Shown: positions 21,313 through 32,136, numbered from the stretch's first letter. The stretch: 64,000 nt of DNA from Acidobacteriota bacterium (GCA_965205505.1 CBDBHB010000009.1:2400001-2464000), one strand, 5' to 3'. Notes: generated by a model from the sequence alone, not told the origin. Made by a program: numbers and translations.

Positions 21313-21714
21313 CTATGGATACGCCGATGCGCCAATCCACTGGCGCCATACGTCGGCCGGGAGCAGCTGGACGATGGCGTGCGCCATGGCTTTGTCGTAG
21401 GCGCGCTGGAACGCCTCGGGATCGTCGCGGGTACGCTTGCGTGCCACGCCAGCGCCGATTCGGCTATAACGCCTCTCGTTGTCCCTAATCTCGACCAGAA
21501 CCTCGATGCTCCGCGGCTTGTCTCGAAAGCCACCTCGCAGTGGCATTACCTGAAGGTGCTCGAGGTGCTGGGCGCCGGCAACGATATCCTCGTAGAAGAA
21601 CTCGACCTGTTTGAGCCGCTTCTCGATCTCGTCTTCGACCCACAGGTCGATGAGCTCAGGTAGGGTTAGCTGGCTCAACACGCCGCCGCCTGAGGTCTGC
21701 CGATGGCTCTGCAT
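21313..21714 (-). CDS. Hypothetical protein
   Basis: 133-aa ORF of natural composition filling the gap; no recognised family. Confidence 0.6.
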   Translation of the reverse strand: MQSHRQTSGGGVLSQLTLPELIDLWVEDEIEKRLKQVEFFYEDIVAGAQHLEHLQVMPLRGGFRDKPRSIEVLVEIRDNERRYSRIGAGVARKRTRDDPEAFQRAYDKAMAHAIVQLLPADVWRQWIGASAYP

Positions 21715-21827
21715 GGGTCAAACTCTATTCCCGGATGAGAAAGGCATGAGCCGTATCACAGGCGCCATGGTAAGGGCGCTTTCGGCAAGCGGTCAAGCGC
21801 CGGGCTGCATGCTAGAATTCCACCACG

Positions 21828-22556
21828 ATGACCGACCAAGTCTCTTTCTTGGCGGCGTTTGCGGCCGGCGTCGTCTCCTTCCTATCGCCCTGTGTCCTGC
21901 CCCTTGTGCCGGGCTATCTGTCGTTCATATCGGGTATTTCTTTGGAGGAGATGAGAGCCGACGATCGCCAAACGGCTGCCAGCCAGGCGGTGATGGTGAA
22001 CACGATGTTCTTCGTCACCGGCTTCACCATCGTGTTCGTCGCGCTGGGCGCCTCGGCGAGCGCCATCGGTGGGCTTCTGCTAGGCAATCTTCTCTGGCTG
22101 CAACGCGTCGCCGGAGTGATCGTCGTGCTGTTCGGACTCCACATGGTCGGGCTGTTGAAGATCGGGTGGTTGTACCGTGAAAAGCGGTTCCACGGGCCGA
22201 GCAAGCCGCGAGGACCGGTCGGCGCCCTGCTCCTGGGCCTGGCGTTTGCTGCCGGCTGGACCCCGTGCATCGGTCCGATTCTGGCCGGCATCCTGGCGCT
22301 TGCCGCCACCAAGGCCAGCCTCTGGTACGGCGTGGCGCTCCTGGCGATCTACTCCGCCGGGCTCGGAATCCCGTTCTTGCTGACAGGCTGGGCGACGCAG
22401 CGTTTCATGGGAGCGTTCGAGCGGTTCAGGGAGTCGCTCTGGATCGTCGAAATGGTCGGTGGGGTGCTGCTGATTGCCGTTGGCGTGATGATCTTCACGA
22501 ACAACTTCTTCCTGTTCCAGCGCTGGCTGTCGTTCCTCAATCGCTTCGCGATCTGA
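21828..22556 (+). CDS. ccdA: Cytochrome c biogenesis protein CcdA
   Basis: SFLSPCVLPLVPGY and GWTPCIGPIL motifs. Confidence 0.95.
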   Translation: MTDQVSFLAAFAAGVVSFLSPCVLPLVPGYLSFISGISLEEMRADDRQTAASQAVMVNTMFFVTGFTIVFVALGASASAIGGLLLGNLLWLQRVAGVIVVLFGLHMVGLLKIGWLYREKRFHGPSKPRGPVGALLLGLAFAAGWTPCIGPILAGILALAATKASLWYGVALLAIYSAGLGIPFLLTGWATQRFMGAFERFRESLWIVEMVGGVLLIAVGVMIFTNNFFLFQRWLSFLNRFAI

Positions 22557-23668
22557 TGCGTGAGCTGCTGCCGCGCATCGCCGCGGTGCTCGATGCCGGC
22601 GAGCCTGTGGCGCTGGCCACTGTGGTCAGACGCCGCGGATCGTTGCCGATGAGCAACACTGCCAAGATGCTGGTGTGCGCGGATGGCACCGCGGAGGGTA
22701 CGGTTGGCGGGGGGTGCCTGGAGGCTGAGGTCTACGCCACGGCCCGGACACTGTTGCGCGAGGGCGGTGTGTCGTTGGAGAGCTTCGATCTGACCGAGAT
22801 CGAGGACGGCCTCGAGGGCCACGTGTGTGGCGGTTCCGTTACCATTCTCACCCGACCACTGCTGCCGACGGATTCTACTCGCGGCATCATCCGGCAGGCG
22901 CAAGAGGCGCTTGAGCGCGGCGAAGCAGCCGCTTTCCTGAGCTGGGTGCCGGTCGAAAACGGCTCGACGCCGCGCCCCGAGCCGAGCCTGGCGATGCATG
23001 CGGTGGTTCGCGCCGACGGCTCGGTTACGGCCGATGCGTCGCTGCCGGCGTCGCTGCCCGAGTTGGCCAAGGCGCTTGCGGGCGCAGGCCTAGCCGATCT
23101 GGTCTCCGCCGATGGCAGGGACGGCGCGCCAGCGTATTTCGTCGAGCCGTTGCAGCAGCCACCTAGGGTACTGGTGTTCGGCGCCGGTCACTGCGGTCGA
23201 GCCATCGGAGAGCTTGCCGCCCGTGCCGGGTTCCGCGTGCATGTGCTGGAGGACCGGCCGGCTTTCCTGGAGGGCAAGCCCATGGCTTGGGCGGCCGGTC
23301 TGCACCACGTCGACTACGCAGCGCTGCCGCCCGTCGAGCCCGACACCTACCTGGTGATCGTCACACGAGGGCACGAGCACGACCTGACGATTCTTCGGCA
23401 GGTCGTCCGTGGGACGAGCGCCTATCTCGGCATGATCGGAAGCCAGCGCAAGCGGCACTTGTTTGCCAAGACGCTCCGCAGTGAGGGTGTGACGGACGAC
23501 GAGCTCGGTCGCCTGTGCTCGCCCATGGGCCTTGCAATCGGGGCCGACACGCCGGAGGAGATTGCCGTTGCGGTGGTCGCCGAGATGATCGCGGTACGCC
23601 GCGGTGCTGCCGTTGCGGCAACGTTGCAGTCGGGAAAGTCGTCGCGCCGCCGCGCCGCGGGTGCATGA
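22556..23668 (+). CDS. xdhC: XdhC/CoxI molybdoenzyme chaperone
   Basis: GTVGGGCLE, CGG, FGAGH, YLGMIGS and TPEEIAVAVVAE motifs; TGATG coupling to ccdA. Confidence 0.92.
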   Translation: MRELLPRIAAVLDAGEPVALATVVRRRGSLPMSNTAKMLVCADGTAEGTVGGGCLEAEVYATARTLLREGGVSLESFDLTEIEDGLEGHVCGGSVTILTRPLLPTDSTRGIIRQAQEALERGEAAAFLSWVPVENGSTPRPEPSLAMHAVVRADGSVTADASLPASLPELAKALAGAGLADLVSADGRDGAPAYFVEPLQQPPRVLVFGAGHCGRAIGELAARAGFRVHVLEDRPAFLEGKPMAWAAGLHHVDYAALPPVEPDTYLVIVTRGHEHDLTILRQVVRGTSAYLGMIGSQRKRHLFAKTLRSEGVTDDELGRLCSPMGLAIGADTPEEIAVAVVAEMIAVRRGAAVAATLQSGKSSRRRAAGA

Positions 23669-24270
23669 GCCTGCCGGTAGTTGCCCCGTTAGTCCTGGCC
23701 GCCGGAGCCTCCTCGCGAATGGGCAGCCCGAAGCCACTGTTGCCACTCGGCGACGACACCTATCTGGGTACGATCCTGCAGACGCTGGCTGGCGCGCCGG
23801 TCACAGCGCCGATAGTCGTAGTCGGGCACGCGGCGGCGGATATTGTCGACGCCGTCGATCTGGAAGGCTCGCGCGTGTTGGTCAACGAGCACTGGGCGCG
23901 GGGCATGCTGAGCAGCGTCAAGCTTGGCGTCCGTTCGCTGATGGATCGCGGACCAGTCGACGCGATGCTGCTTGTCCTGGTGGACGTGCCACGATTCCGC
24001 GTTGCCACCATCGAGCGGATTGTGGAGCAGTTCGCGCGAACGCGGTCGCTGCTAGTCGTGCCGACCTACGCGGGCGAACATGGTCACCCCGTTCTCTTCG
24101 CGCGTGCGCTGTTCGAAGAGCTCCTGCAGGCACCCGTTGACGAGGGTGCACGAGCCGTAGTCGAGGCCCATCGCGTCGACTTGCTCGAGGTCGACGTCGA
24201 CGATCCGTGGGTAGTTCGCGACGCCGATACTCCGGAGGACCATCGGCGACTCACCGGAACGGCCTGCTAG
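23665..24270 (+). CDS. mocA: Molybdenum cofactor cytidylyltransferase-like protein
   Basis: LAAGASSRMGSPK, GHPVLF and DADTPED motifs; ATGA overlap with xdhC. Confidence 0.85.
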   Translation: MSLPVVAPLVLAAGASSRMGSPKPLLPLGDDTYLGTILQTLAGAPVTAPIVVVGHAAADIVDAVDLEGSRVLVNEHWARGMLSSVKLGVRSLMDRGPVDAMLLVLVDVPRFRVATIERIVEQFARTRSLLVVPTYAGEHGHPVLFARALFEELLQAPVDEGARAVVEAHRVDLLEVDVDDPWVVRDADTPEDHRRLTGTAC

Positions 24271-24300
24271 TGGTCTGACTCAGCAGCACACTTGCGCCCC

Positions 24301-24639
24301 TCAGGGCGCGTTGTCGGGCGGTTCCTCACCGATCTTCGAGGAGTCCGCGCCCGTCGCCGACCCGTCAGACAAGCCGAGGAAGTCACTCGCATGCGCCTCG
24401 ATGAGGTCATGGCTGCGTGCGTCACCTAAGTTCAGTGCGAGCTCGTTGATCACCTTGATCTGCATCTCCAGCCAAGCCGCCCAGCACACCGCACACACAT
24501 TCTCCTGCACTCGCTCCCGAAGATCGCCGCGAAACGGAACGCGGCCAGTGATCGGTCCTCCGGTAGGCGGGTCCGGAACCTCGGTTCCGTCGCGCGCGGC
24601 TCGCGGCTCACAGGCCTGACAGTCGATCGTGCCACTCAT
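24301..24639 (-). CDS. YggX-like Fe(II) trafficking protein
   Basis: VC..CW..WLEMQIKVINE.ALN pattern. Confidence 0.8.
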   Translation of the reverse strand: MSGTIDCQACEPRAARDGTEVPDPPTGGPITGRVPFRGDLRERVQENVCAVCWAAWLEMQIKVINELALNLGDARSHDLIEAHASDFLGLSDGSATGADSSKIGEEPPDNAP

Positions 24640-24748
24640 CAGGTGCTCCTTGTCGATGTTCTCTTGCGGCTGCTGGAGCAATCATCCAGTGATCCCCCGG
24701 CCCGTGCAAGCTTGCCGACGCATTAGGCCGTCGGCGCTCTCCGACGGT

Positions 24749-25864
24749 CTACTCTCCAGCCGCGATTCGGACCCCGGCGCTGGCACCGATGCGCGTAGCT
24801 CCCGCCGCTATCATGGCAGCCGCATCGGCCCGCGTGCTGATGCCGCCGGACGCCTTTACCCCCATGCCTCGGCCGACCGTGGCTCGCATCAACGCAACGT
24901 CTTCCGCCGTCGCTCCGCCCGGCCCGAAGCCAGTCGAGGTCTTGACGAAGTCGGCGCCGGCCGCACGAGCAAGTTGGCAGGCGCGGACGATCTCGCCGTC
25001 CGACAATAGCGCCGATTCCAGAATGACCTTCACGAGGGCGGCCGGATGCGCGGCGCGAACGACTCGCTCGATATCGTTCCGTACCCAGTCTTCCCGCCCA
25101 GACTTGAGCGCCCCGATGTTGATCACCATGTCGATCTCGCGTGCGCCCTGGTCCACCGCCAGGCTGGCCTCGTGTGCCTTTACTTCCGGGTTGGCGGCGC
25201 CCAGCGGGAAACCGACTACCGTACAGGCCTTTACCCGGCTACCCTTCAGCAAATCAGCGACCAGCGACACGTAGTACGGGTTTATACACACGGTGGCGAA
25301 GCCGTACTCGAGAGCCTCGGCGCAGAGCTGTCGTACTTGCTCCTCGGTCGCCTCAGGCTTTAGCAAAGTGTGGTCGATCAAGGGCACGATCGCATCGTCC
25401 AGGGGTGGCGCGCAGGCCGATAGCCCTACCCGATCGGCGCCGGCGTCGACGATGCGGGCGACGCCGTTCGCATCCGTACACGAGCCCTCGTTCAAGCACC
25501 AGTAGGCGAGCTGTTGGATCTGGGGTGCTGAGAGCTCGGCAGCCAGCAGGCTGGCGAGTTTGCCCACGAGGGCGCGTTGGGGGTCGGACAGGCCCGCGGC
25601 GTGGGACGTGGTTGACGGCCCGACCAGTCGAACGCCACGCTCGCGGGCGCGATCGCGTGCCTCCGGTGTAATCAGAGCCCCGTCGGGAACCACCAGCTTC
25701 CCGTCCGGCGCCTGCTCGACCTCGCGCGCTGTGATGACGGCCCGCCAAGCTCGATCACGCCCGCTCTGCGCCGAAGTGTCTGGCCACAGACCGTCGTCGA
25801 CTAGATGGCGTACGGCATCGCAGATGAGCTCCTCGAGCTGGTCAGCGCCCAGCGCGCGACTCAT
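24749..25864 (-). CDS. deoC: Deoxyribose-phosphate aldolase with a ~155-aa N-terminal extension
   Basis: [30 protein letters not shown] and VKASGG motifs. Confidence 0.96.
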   Translation of the reverse strand: MSRALGADQLEELICDAVRHLVDDGLWPDTSAQSGRDRAWRAVITAREVEQAPDGKLVVPDGALITPEARDRARERGVRLVGPSTTSHAAGLSDPQRALVGKLASLLAAELSAPQIQQLAYWCLNEGSCTDANGVARIVDAGADRVGLSACAPPLDDAIVPLIDHTLLKPEATEEQVRQLCAEALEYGFATVCINPYYVSLVADLLKGSRVKACTVVGFPLGAANPEVKAHEASLAVDQGAREIDMVINIGALKSGREDWVRNDIERVVRAAHPAALVKVILESALLSDGEIVRACQLARAAGADFVKTSTGFGPGGATAEDVALMRATVGRGMGVKASGGISTRADAAAMIAAGATRIGASAGVRIAAGE

Positions 25865-25866
25865 CC

Positions 25867-27555
25867 TCAGCGTCGGTCGGTCGACGTCGCTGTCGCCAGA
25901 ATGGCGAAGTCGGTCGTTACCTGCGCGCTCGTCTCGGCGATCTCGTCAACGATCTCCACCATGACCTCATAGATGCCCGGACGGTAGCCGGTCAGCGGCA
26001 TCGCGAACGAGAACGACTGACGGTTCATCGGCGCCGGGAACGGATGCTGCTCAGGAATGCGGCGTATCCGTTCGCCGTCATGGAGAATTTCGCCGCGGAG
26101 CGTGATCCGGTTGGCGCGCGTAGTCGTGTCGATTTGCAGACCGTAGGCCTGAACATACAACAGCAGCTGCTGATCGAGGAAGTAGATCCGGTTGACGTTG
26201 GGGACGACGCGCATGTCGCCTTGCTGAAAGTCGAGCGGCGTGGGGTCAGTGCCCGGCTGCACCGGTTCGATACGACTGGCCAGCGTCAGGCTCGATAGCC
26301 GCAGCCCGTCACCCGACAGATCGGGCACGTCGATCTCGTCGATCTGACGCGTCAACCGGTCCGACGTGTTGTCTCGAGCTAGCACGACCAGATCGTACTG
26401 TCCGGCTGGCACCATGAGCTGGAAGCTCTGCAGGATCTGGGTACCGCCGAGTCCCCTCAGTTCTTCGTTAGTGAGCGTGAAGTTGAGGCGTTTCTCCGAC
26501 TCGGCGATGATCTGTCCGTCCTGTTCAAGGGCAACGTACATGTCGGCGGAGAAGTGCTGGTTCAGCCCGAACCGGGCGGCCACCAGCCTGTCGTACTCCA
26601 ATGCCAGTGTCAGCTGGACGGCGGTGTTGCCGGCGACCGCCTCGTAGAAATCCACGCTGCGATTAACCGGGGAGGCGTCGAATGCCACGTCGGTCTCTAC
26701 GGTGGCTCGGCGTAGCCCGGCTAGCCGCTCCTTGTGGATCTCCGGAATCCGCAGAATCTCCCGCAGGTTACCTTGGAAGTCGAGGAACTCTCGGGCCACC
26801 GCGGTCGGATCGGCGAAACGGTATTGTAGAAACCGCTCGTCGTAGATCGAATCTGCATGGCGCCGTAGGGCGATGACATCGAGTGGGTTGTTGATGTAGC
26901 CGAATTGTGCCGAGACGATCGGCGCCGCCGCGTCGAGGTTGCTGACGAGTTCGAACTCGCCGGTCCCGTGAAAGTCGACGAAGTTGAGGTCGAGCACGCC
27001 GGGGAGAAGTGGATTGTCCGGCATGTTGTACGACCACACTTCGGAGCCGCGCTCTGCGCCGCCGCGTCCCATGGGGTTGCGCTGCAAGTTGTTGGGTGGG
27101 CCGAGAATGATGTAGGTGCGTCCGCGATCGGTTGCCCAGCCCGGCTTGCCGGCGCTGAACCGTCGGTTGGCAGTAGCCCAGCGCTCGAAGTGTTCCTGGC
27201 GGTACTCGTTCAAGCGGGTGCCGGGCGTCGGATCGCGCACGTCCCAGAAGCGCTCGGTGAACGCAAGTTTCTGCTCCAAAGTGGGAAGCGCCTCGAAGAT
27301 GCGGCGTTCCTCATCCGTGATGAGGTAGTTGACGAACCGCTCCTTCCAGCGGTCGAGCGTCTCCTCGAGCTCCTCGCTCGTAGGCGCCCATCCGCTGGCT
27401 CCCAACATAGCCTCGAAGGAGGGTCGCGCGTCGTCAGCTTGCTCCTGCTGTGCGGTCGCAAGCTGCGCCGGAACGAGCGGCGCCAACGTCAATAACGCGC
27501 TGAGCGTCGCTACCAACGGGAGTGAACGCGCCAATCGTCGATCGTTAGTGTTCAT
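25867..27555 (-). CDS. GWxTD domain-containing exported protein
   Basis: [31 protein letters not shown]; signal peptide. Confidence 0.9.
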   Translation of the reverse strand: MNTNDRRLARSLPLVATLSALLTLAPLVPAQLATAQQEQADDARPSFEAMLGASGWAPTSEELEETLDRWKERFVNYLITDEERRIFEALPTLEQKLAFTERFWDVRDPTPGTRLNEYRQEHFERWATANRRFSAGKPGWATDRGRTYIILGPPNNLQRNPMGRGGAERGSEVWSYNMPDNPLLPGVLDLNFVDFHGTGEFELVSNLDAAAPIVSAQFGYINNPLDVIALRRHADSIYDERFLQYRFADPTAVAREFLDFQGNLREILRIPEIHKERLAGLRRATVETDVAFDASPVNRSVDFYEAVAGNTAVQLTLALEYDRLVAARFGLNQHFSADMYVALEQDGQIIAESEKRLNFTLTNEELRGLGGTQILQSFQLMVPAGQYDLVVLARDNTSDRLTRQIDEIDVPDLSGDGLRLSSLTLASRIEPVQPGTDPTPLDFQQGDMRVVPNVNRIYFLDQQLLLYVQAYGLQIDTTTRANRITLRGEILHDGERIRRIPEQHPFPAPMNRQSFSFAMPLTGYRPGIYEVMVEIVDEIAETSAQVTTDFAILATATSTDRR

Positions 27556-29009
27556 CGCCGTTCGCTGCTTCGGCGGCCGCTCGTCCGGCGGTACTCCTGC
27601 ATCGCCCGCTCGGCGAGGTCCGTCTGCTCGAGGTTCTGATAGGTGGTTGCGAGATTGAGCCAGTACACTGGATTGTCCGCATCGAGGTCGACTGCCGCAA
27701 GGTAAGCGCTCACCGCGGCCCTCGTTTGCCCGACCGCGAGGAGTGCGTTGCCCAGTACCGCATAGGTATCCGCGAACAGCGGGTTCTTGACCAACGAAGC
27801 CCGTAGCGCTTGCGCTGCGTCTGCGACGCGTCCGGCGCGCTCGAGGCTCAAGCCTTGCAGGTAGAGTGCCTCCCAGTTGTCGGGATCGATCTGTGCGGCG
27901 GCAGTTGCCGCGTTAATCGCAGCGGCCGTGTTGCTCGACGACAACCAAATCTTGGCAGCCCTCAGCAGCACGTCCGGGTCGTCAGGGGCTACCGCGAGCA
28001 TGGCTGCGAGCACGCCATCGACCTCCTCTCGGTCACCATCACGGGTGGCGGCAACCAGCGCATTGCTCAGGGTCTTGAGCTCCTTGTCGCTCGCCTCACG
28101 TGTGTTGAACTCTTGCTGTAGCTCGCGGAAGTGCTCCATCAGCCGCTGACCTTCCTCCGTTGCGCCAGTCCGCGACAGTGCTTGGGCCAGTCGATAGGTG
28201 GCCTCGAGGTGGTCTGGCTGAAGATCGAGCGCACGGCGAAGGTGCACGATGGCCTGTTCGAAGTCACCACCGTCCGACAGGAGCCTGCCGACCAGGTAGC
28301 TGGCCTCGGTCTCCTCGAAGCCTGTCGTGACGGCCCGTTGCAACAGCCGGAGCGCGCGACTGTGATCCGACGGCCGATCGGCCAGGATCACTCCAAGCGC
28401 GTATCCGGCGGGTACATTGTCCGGTTCCTGCTGCAGGCCTACCTCCAAGACCTCGAGGGCCGTGGCATAGTCGCCCATCAAATACAACGCCACGCCGAGC
28501 AGGTAGCGAACCTCGAGGTTGTCAGCTTGGCGCTCCAGGAAGCCACGGAAGTACTCTGCCGCCTGCGTGTGGTTGCCACGCCGCATGTGCACCGAGCCGG
28601 CTGCTCTCCATGGGGCAGCGGCTTCCGGCATTAGCTCGATGGCGCGGTCGTAGGCAGCGATTGCCGACGCCGGGTCTCCTACTGTCTCGTACAGCGCCCC
28701 GCGACCCATCGTCGCCTCCGGGTCATCGGGCGACAACGAGTCCGCACGTGCATAGGCGCTGGCGGCGGCGGCCAGATCGCCGGAGTGGCGATAGGTGTGC
28801 CCTACCCAGACCGCGACTCGAGGCGACTCGGGATAGCGGCTTGCCGCTTGCTCCGCTGCCACCGTCGCCTCAGCGGCGCGGCCTGCATCGAGCGCTGCGC
28901 GAATCTGCGCAATAGCGGTTTCGAGACTCTGGGCGGCTGACGTAACTGCTGGGGCGGCGGTCAAGCCGGCCAGCGTCAGGAGGGTCACGATACGGGGTGG
29001 ACGGACCAT
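27552..29009 (-). CDS. Exported TPR-repeat protein
   Basis: Signal peptide and many TPR-like repeats. Confidence 0.85.
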   Translation of the reverse strand: MVRPPRIVTLLTLAGLTAAPAVTSAAQSLETAIAQIRAALDAGRAAEATVAAEQAASRYPESPRVAVWVGHTYRHSGDLAAAASAYARADSLSPDDPEATMGRGALYETVGDPASAIAAYDRAIELMPEAAAPWRAAGSVHMRRGNHTQAAEYFRGFLERQADNLEVRYLLGVALYLMGDYATALEVLEVGLQQEPDNVPAGYALGVILADRPSDHSRALRLLQRAVTTGFEETEASYLVGRLLSDGGDFEQAIVHLRRALDLQPDHLEATYRLAQALSRTGATEEGQRLMEHFRELQQEFNTREASDKELKTLSNALVAATRDGDREEVDGVLAAMLAVAPDDPDVLLRAAKIWLSSSNTAAAINAATAAAQIDPDNWEALYLQGLSLERAGRVADAAQALRASLVKNPLFADTYAVLGNALLAVGQTRAAVSAYLAAVDLDADNPVYWLNLATTYQNLEQTDLAERAMQEYRRTSGRRSSERR

Positions 29010-29060
29010 GCCTGGGGTTCCGTTACGCGAGGGCGAGTCTTGCTACATGTCAAAAGCATG

Positions 29061-29091
29061 GGGGCCCCTCCCCGTGATGGGGAGGGGCCCC
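29061..29091 (-). terminator. Hairpin downstream of the TonB receptor gene
   Basis: 13-bp perfect stem GGGGCCCCTCCCC/GGGGAGGGGCCCC followed by CATGCTTTT. Confidence 0.65.
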
Positions 29092-29114
29092 GCAAGTTGC
29101 TCTATAGCCAGCCC

Positions 29115-31943
29115 CTAGTAGACGTACTTGAAGCCGAGCTGTAACTGGCGGACGTTGCCGATGAACGTGTTCAGGTCGCCGAAACGCGAGTTGAAATCTC
29201 TCCGGGTAGTGAACAGGTTCTTGGAGTTGAAGAGGTTGAACACCTCGAGGAAGGCTTGGAAGCGACCAACGCCCGTAGTGAACTCCTTCGTCAACCGGAT
29301 GTCGACGTTCTTGAAGTCCGGTTGGCGGAACGAGTTGCGCTCGGTGATTTGCCCGCCGATCACGACACGATCGTTGCCGTCGTCGTCATCGCCGTTGAGG
29401 TCGTCAGTGGAGAGCGCCGAGTACGGGGTGCCCGTACGCCACACGAAGGTACCTGCCAGCTTGAGGCCGGCCGGCAAGTCTCCGAACGCGCTGATCACGA
29501 TGCGGTGACGGATCGAGCGGTTCGAGAATCCCCAGTCGTCGTTCAGGTCGAAGATATTACTTGCCTGTGTCCCACCTGCCGTCCGCTCGTTAGAGTCGTT
29601 GTCCTTGTCCCAGCCGGCCGTATAAGAGCCGAAGGCGCCCCAGCCGTTGCTAAAGCGCTTCTTGAACTCGAAGATGCCGGCCGTGTAGCGTGAGGTACCC
29701 TGGGATCGGTCGATCTTCCAGATCTGTCCGTCGACGATCCGGCCATCGTAGATGAAGCGGCCGTCCGCGTCGCGGCCGACGCCGACCAGGTTCTCGTCGT
29801 GCAGCGTCTGCAGCGTGTCGGAGCGAGCGTGGATCAGCGATACACCGAGCGACAGGTTGTCGATCACCTCGCGCTCGGCGCCGACGTTGAAGCGCCAGGT
29901 GCGCGGGTTGACGAAGTTATCGCCGAACCAGTACACTTCCTGGTCGGCCGTGATCCCTTCCGGTAGCGAATCGAAGACGCTTGGCCAGATGCCGTCCAGC
30001 TCGCCGCCGAAGCCCGGGATGAAGAAGACCCCCACGCCAGGTGTGCCGATCGACGTGAAGGGGTTGAAGAACAAGAGTGTCGGGGTGCGCGACACGAAGC
30101 GGCCCGCCGAGGCACGGAAGACCGTCCTTGGGTCCGGGGCATAGGCGATCCCGGCGCGCGGCTGCCAGCCACTCATATCGTCCGGGATCGACTGGGTCCC
30201 CGGGAAGGCCGCGTTGCCAGGCGGGTTGGGGTTCATCGTCCCCTCCCACCGCAGGCCGTAGTTGATCGTGATCGTGTTGCTGGCGCGCCAGGAGTCCTGC
30301 GCGTAGAACGCCAGGATCGATTGGCGGGTGTCGAAGTTGGGCGAGAAGTCCGACGTTGCGACGCCGAAGCTCAGCAGCAGGTAGTCCGGTTCGTTGGCGA
30401 GGAATTCATCCTGACTACTGAACCGGTACTCACCGGCCGGGAAGGCGGCGAAGAACTCGCTCGTCTTGTCGGTCTCGAAGTCGGCGCCGATCTTGATGTC
30501 GTGATCGTCGAACAGGTACGAGAAGTTGTCCTGCACCTGAAACTTCTTCTCGTCGACGAGGATCGGCATGAAGAACCGGCGACCCAGCTGGACAGACGGG
30601 TTGCGGAGATCCGTGTCCGGACCATCCAGGTCGTTCGACAGCCGGTCGAGATCGTCGTATGCGTACTGTACACGGAGCTCGTTGAACGCCCGGTCTCCCA
30701 GCACCGAGGTAATCTGGGCGATCGCCGACAGAGTCTTCTCCTTCTGGTCACCTAGGCTCGAGTTCGACGCCGTGGTCGTGCCCTGCAGGTTGGTGTCGGT
30801 GCCGCCACCAATCGTCTCGTGCTTCGAGTAGTTCAGTCGCAGTGTCAGCTGGGTGTTGTCGCTGATCGTGAAGTCGGTCTTCAGGAACGGCACCACGACA
30901 TCGTTCGTGCGGCTGAACTGCGACTGCGAGATGTCCCAGTTGGGACGAAACTGATTTACGTAGGCCTGCAGCTGTGCGAACTCCGCGTCGGAGATGTCGT
31001 AGTCGATGAAGTACGGCGTGCTGAAGCTCTGGAAGTCCACCGAGGCGAAGACGAAGTGCTCGTTGCGCTGCAGCGGACCGCCGAGGTTGCCGCCGAACTG
31101 CTTTACCGAGAACTCGGCCTGCTCGCGATCGAATGGGTCGTTTGCGGTGAGCGACTCGTCGCGCCAGAACAGGTGCGCGCCGCCGCGCCATTGGTTGGTG
31201 CCCGACTTCGTGACCACGTTTACCAGGCCACCGCCAGAGCGGCCGAACTCCGGCATGATGCCGGAGGTGATCACCTGGAACTCCTGCACCGACTCCTGGC
31301 TCACCGTGAACGGCGAGTCGGTGCCGCCGCGCTGGTAGCCGAAGAACGCGCTGTTGTCGGAGGCGCCGTCGATGTTCACCGAGGTGTTCACGCCACGTTG
31401 GCCCGACAGCGAAATGGTGTTGCGCGATGACTCGATCTGGGCGCCGGGTGTCAACAGGGTGAAGTCGGTGAAGTTGCGACCCAGAATCGGCAGCGAGTCG
31501 ATGGCGATCTCGTCGATGCTTGTCGATACCTGCGTCTTCGAGGTCTCGATGACAGGTGCCTGGCCGGTGACGATCAGTACCTCCTGTATCGACGCCAGCG
31601 ACAGCTGGATGCCAACTTCCTGCGCTCCGCCCAGGCGGATGCGGATATCGGTCCGCTCGACCGGCTGGAATCCCGTCAGCTCGGCCCTGACCGAGTACAG
31701 CCCCGTCGGCAGGAGCGGCACGCGGTAGTTCCCCGTGATCGAGGTTACGGTGGTGCGAACACGGCCCGTGTCCTGCCCGGTCACGGTGATGCTGACGCCG
31801 GGAAGTGGGTTGCCATCAGGGTCGGTTACGACGCCCTGGAGGTTTCCTGACGTTGCCTGTGTTTGCGCCCATGCACTGGACGTAAACGACACTGCCAGAA
31901 GGATCGCCAAGGCGAAGATCAGCACTGAACGCGCTGGCTTCAC
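29115..31943 (-). CDS. TonB-dependent receptor, Oar-like, with carboxypeptidase regulatory-like N-domain
   Basis: GVVTDPDG.PLPG, LPILGRNF, EFGRSGGG.VNVVTKSGTN motifs, C-terminal RQLQLGFKYVY; GGGAGG RBS before GTG. Confidence 0.93.
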   Translation of the reverse strand: MKPARSVLIFALAILLAVSFTSSAWAQTQATSGNLQGVVTDPDGNPLPGVSITVTGQDTGRVRTTVTSITGNYRVPLLPTGLYSVRAELTGFQPVERTDIRIRLGGAQEVGIQLSLASIQEVLIVTGQAPVIETSKTQVSTSIDEIAIDSLPILGRNFTDFTLLTPGAQIESSRNTISLSGQRGVNTSVNIDGASDNSAFFGYQRGGTDSPFTVSQESVQEFQVITSGIMPEFGRSGGGLVNVVTKSGTNQWRGGAHLFWRDESLTANDPFDREQAEFSVKQFGGNLGGPLQRNEHFVFASVDFQSFSTPYFIDYDISDAEFAQLQAYVNQFRPNWDISQSQFSRTNDVVVPFLKTDFTISDNTQLTLRLNYSKHETIGGGTDTNLQGTTTASNSSLGDQKEKTLSAIAQITSVLGDRAFNELRVQYAYDDLDRLSNDLDGPDTDLRNPSVQLGRRFFMPILVDEKKFQVQDNFSYLFDDHDIKIGADFETDKTSEFFAAFPAGEYRFSSQDEFLANEPDYLLLSFGVATSDFSPNFDTRQSILAFYAQDSWRASNTITINYGLRWEGTMNPNPPGNAAFPGTQSIPDDMSGWQPRAGIAYAPDPRTVFRASAGRFVSRTPTLLFFNPFTSIGTPGVGVFFIPGFGGELDGIWPSVFDSLPEGITADQEVYWFGDNFVNPRTWRFNVGAEREVIDNLSLGVSLIHARSDTLQTLHDENLVGVGRDADGRFIYDGRIVDGQIWKIDRSQGTSRYTAGIFEFKKRFSNGWGAFGSYTAGWDKDNDSNERTAGGTQASNIFDLNDDWGFSNRSIRHRIVISAFGDLPAGLKLAGTFVWRTGTPYSALSTDDLNGDDDDGNDRVVIGGQITERNSFRQPDFKNVDIRLTKEFTTGVGRFQAFLEVFNLFNSKNLFTTRRDFNSRFGDLNTFIGNVRQLQLGFKYVY

Positions 31944-32136
31944 ATCTGCCTCCCATTCGGAAGAGTGGCGAACGCGCAAGCGCTCACCTGATCGCGTTGC
32001 CCCCGCGAGAGTCGGCCATCCGCTGACCCGCGAAACCACTACGCTCGAAGCCAGTGACCTCGAACCCACAAACTCGCGTTCTCGGGGGAGGATTTCTTCA
32101 CGTTACGACGGGATAGCCTCTACCCGTCAGCGGTTC

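Noticed and set aside
21196-21714. Genomic island integrated at tRNA-Leu
   Set aside because: No integrase, no duplicated tRNA 3' end noticed, and no obvious composition shift
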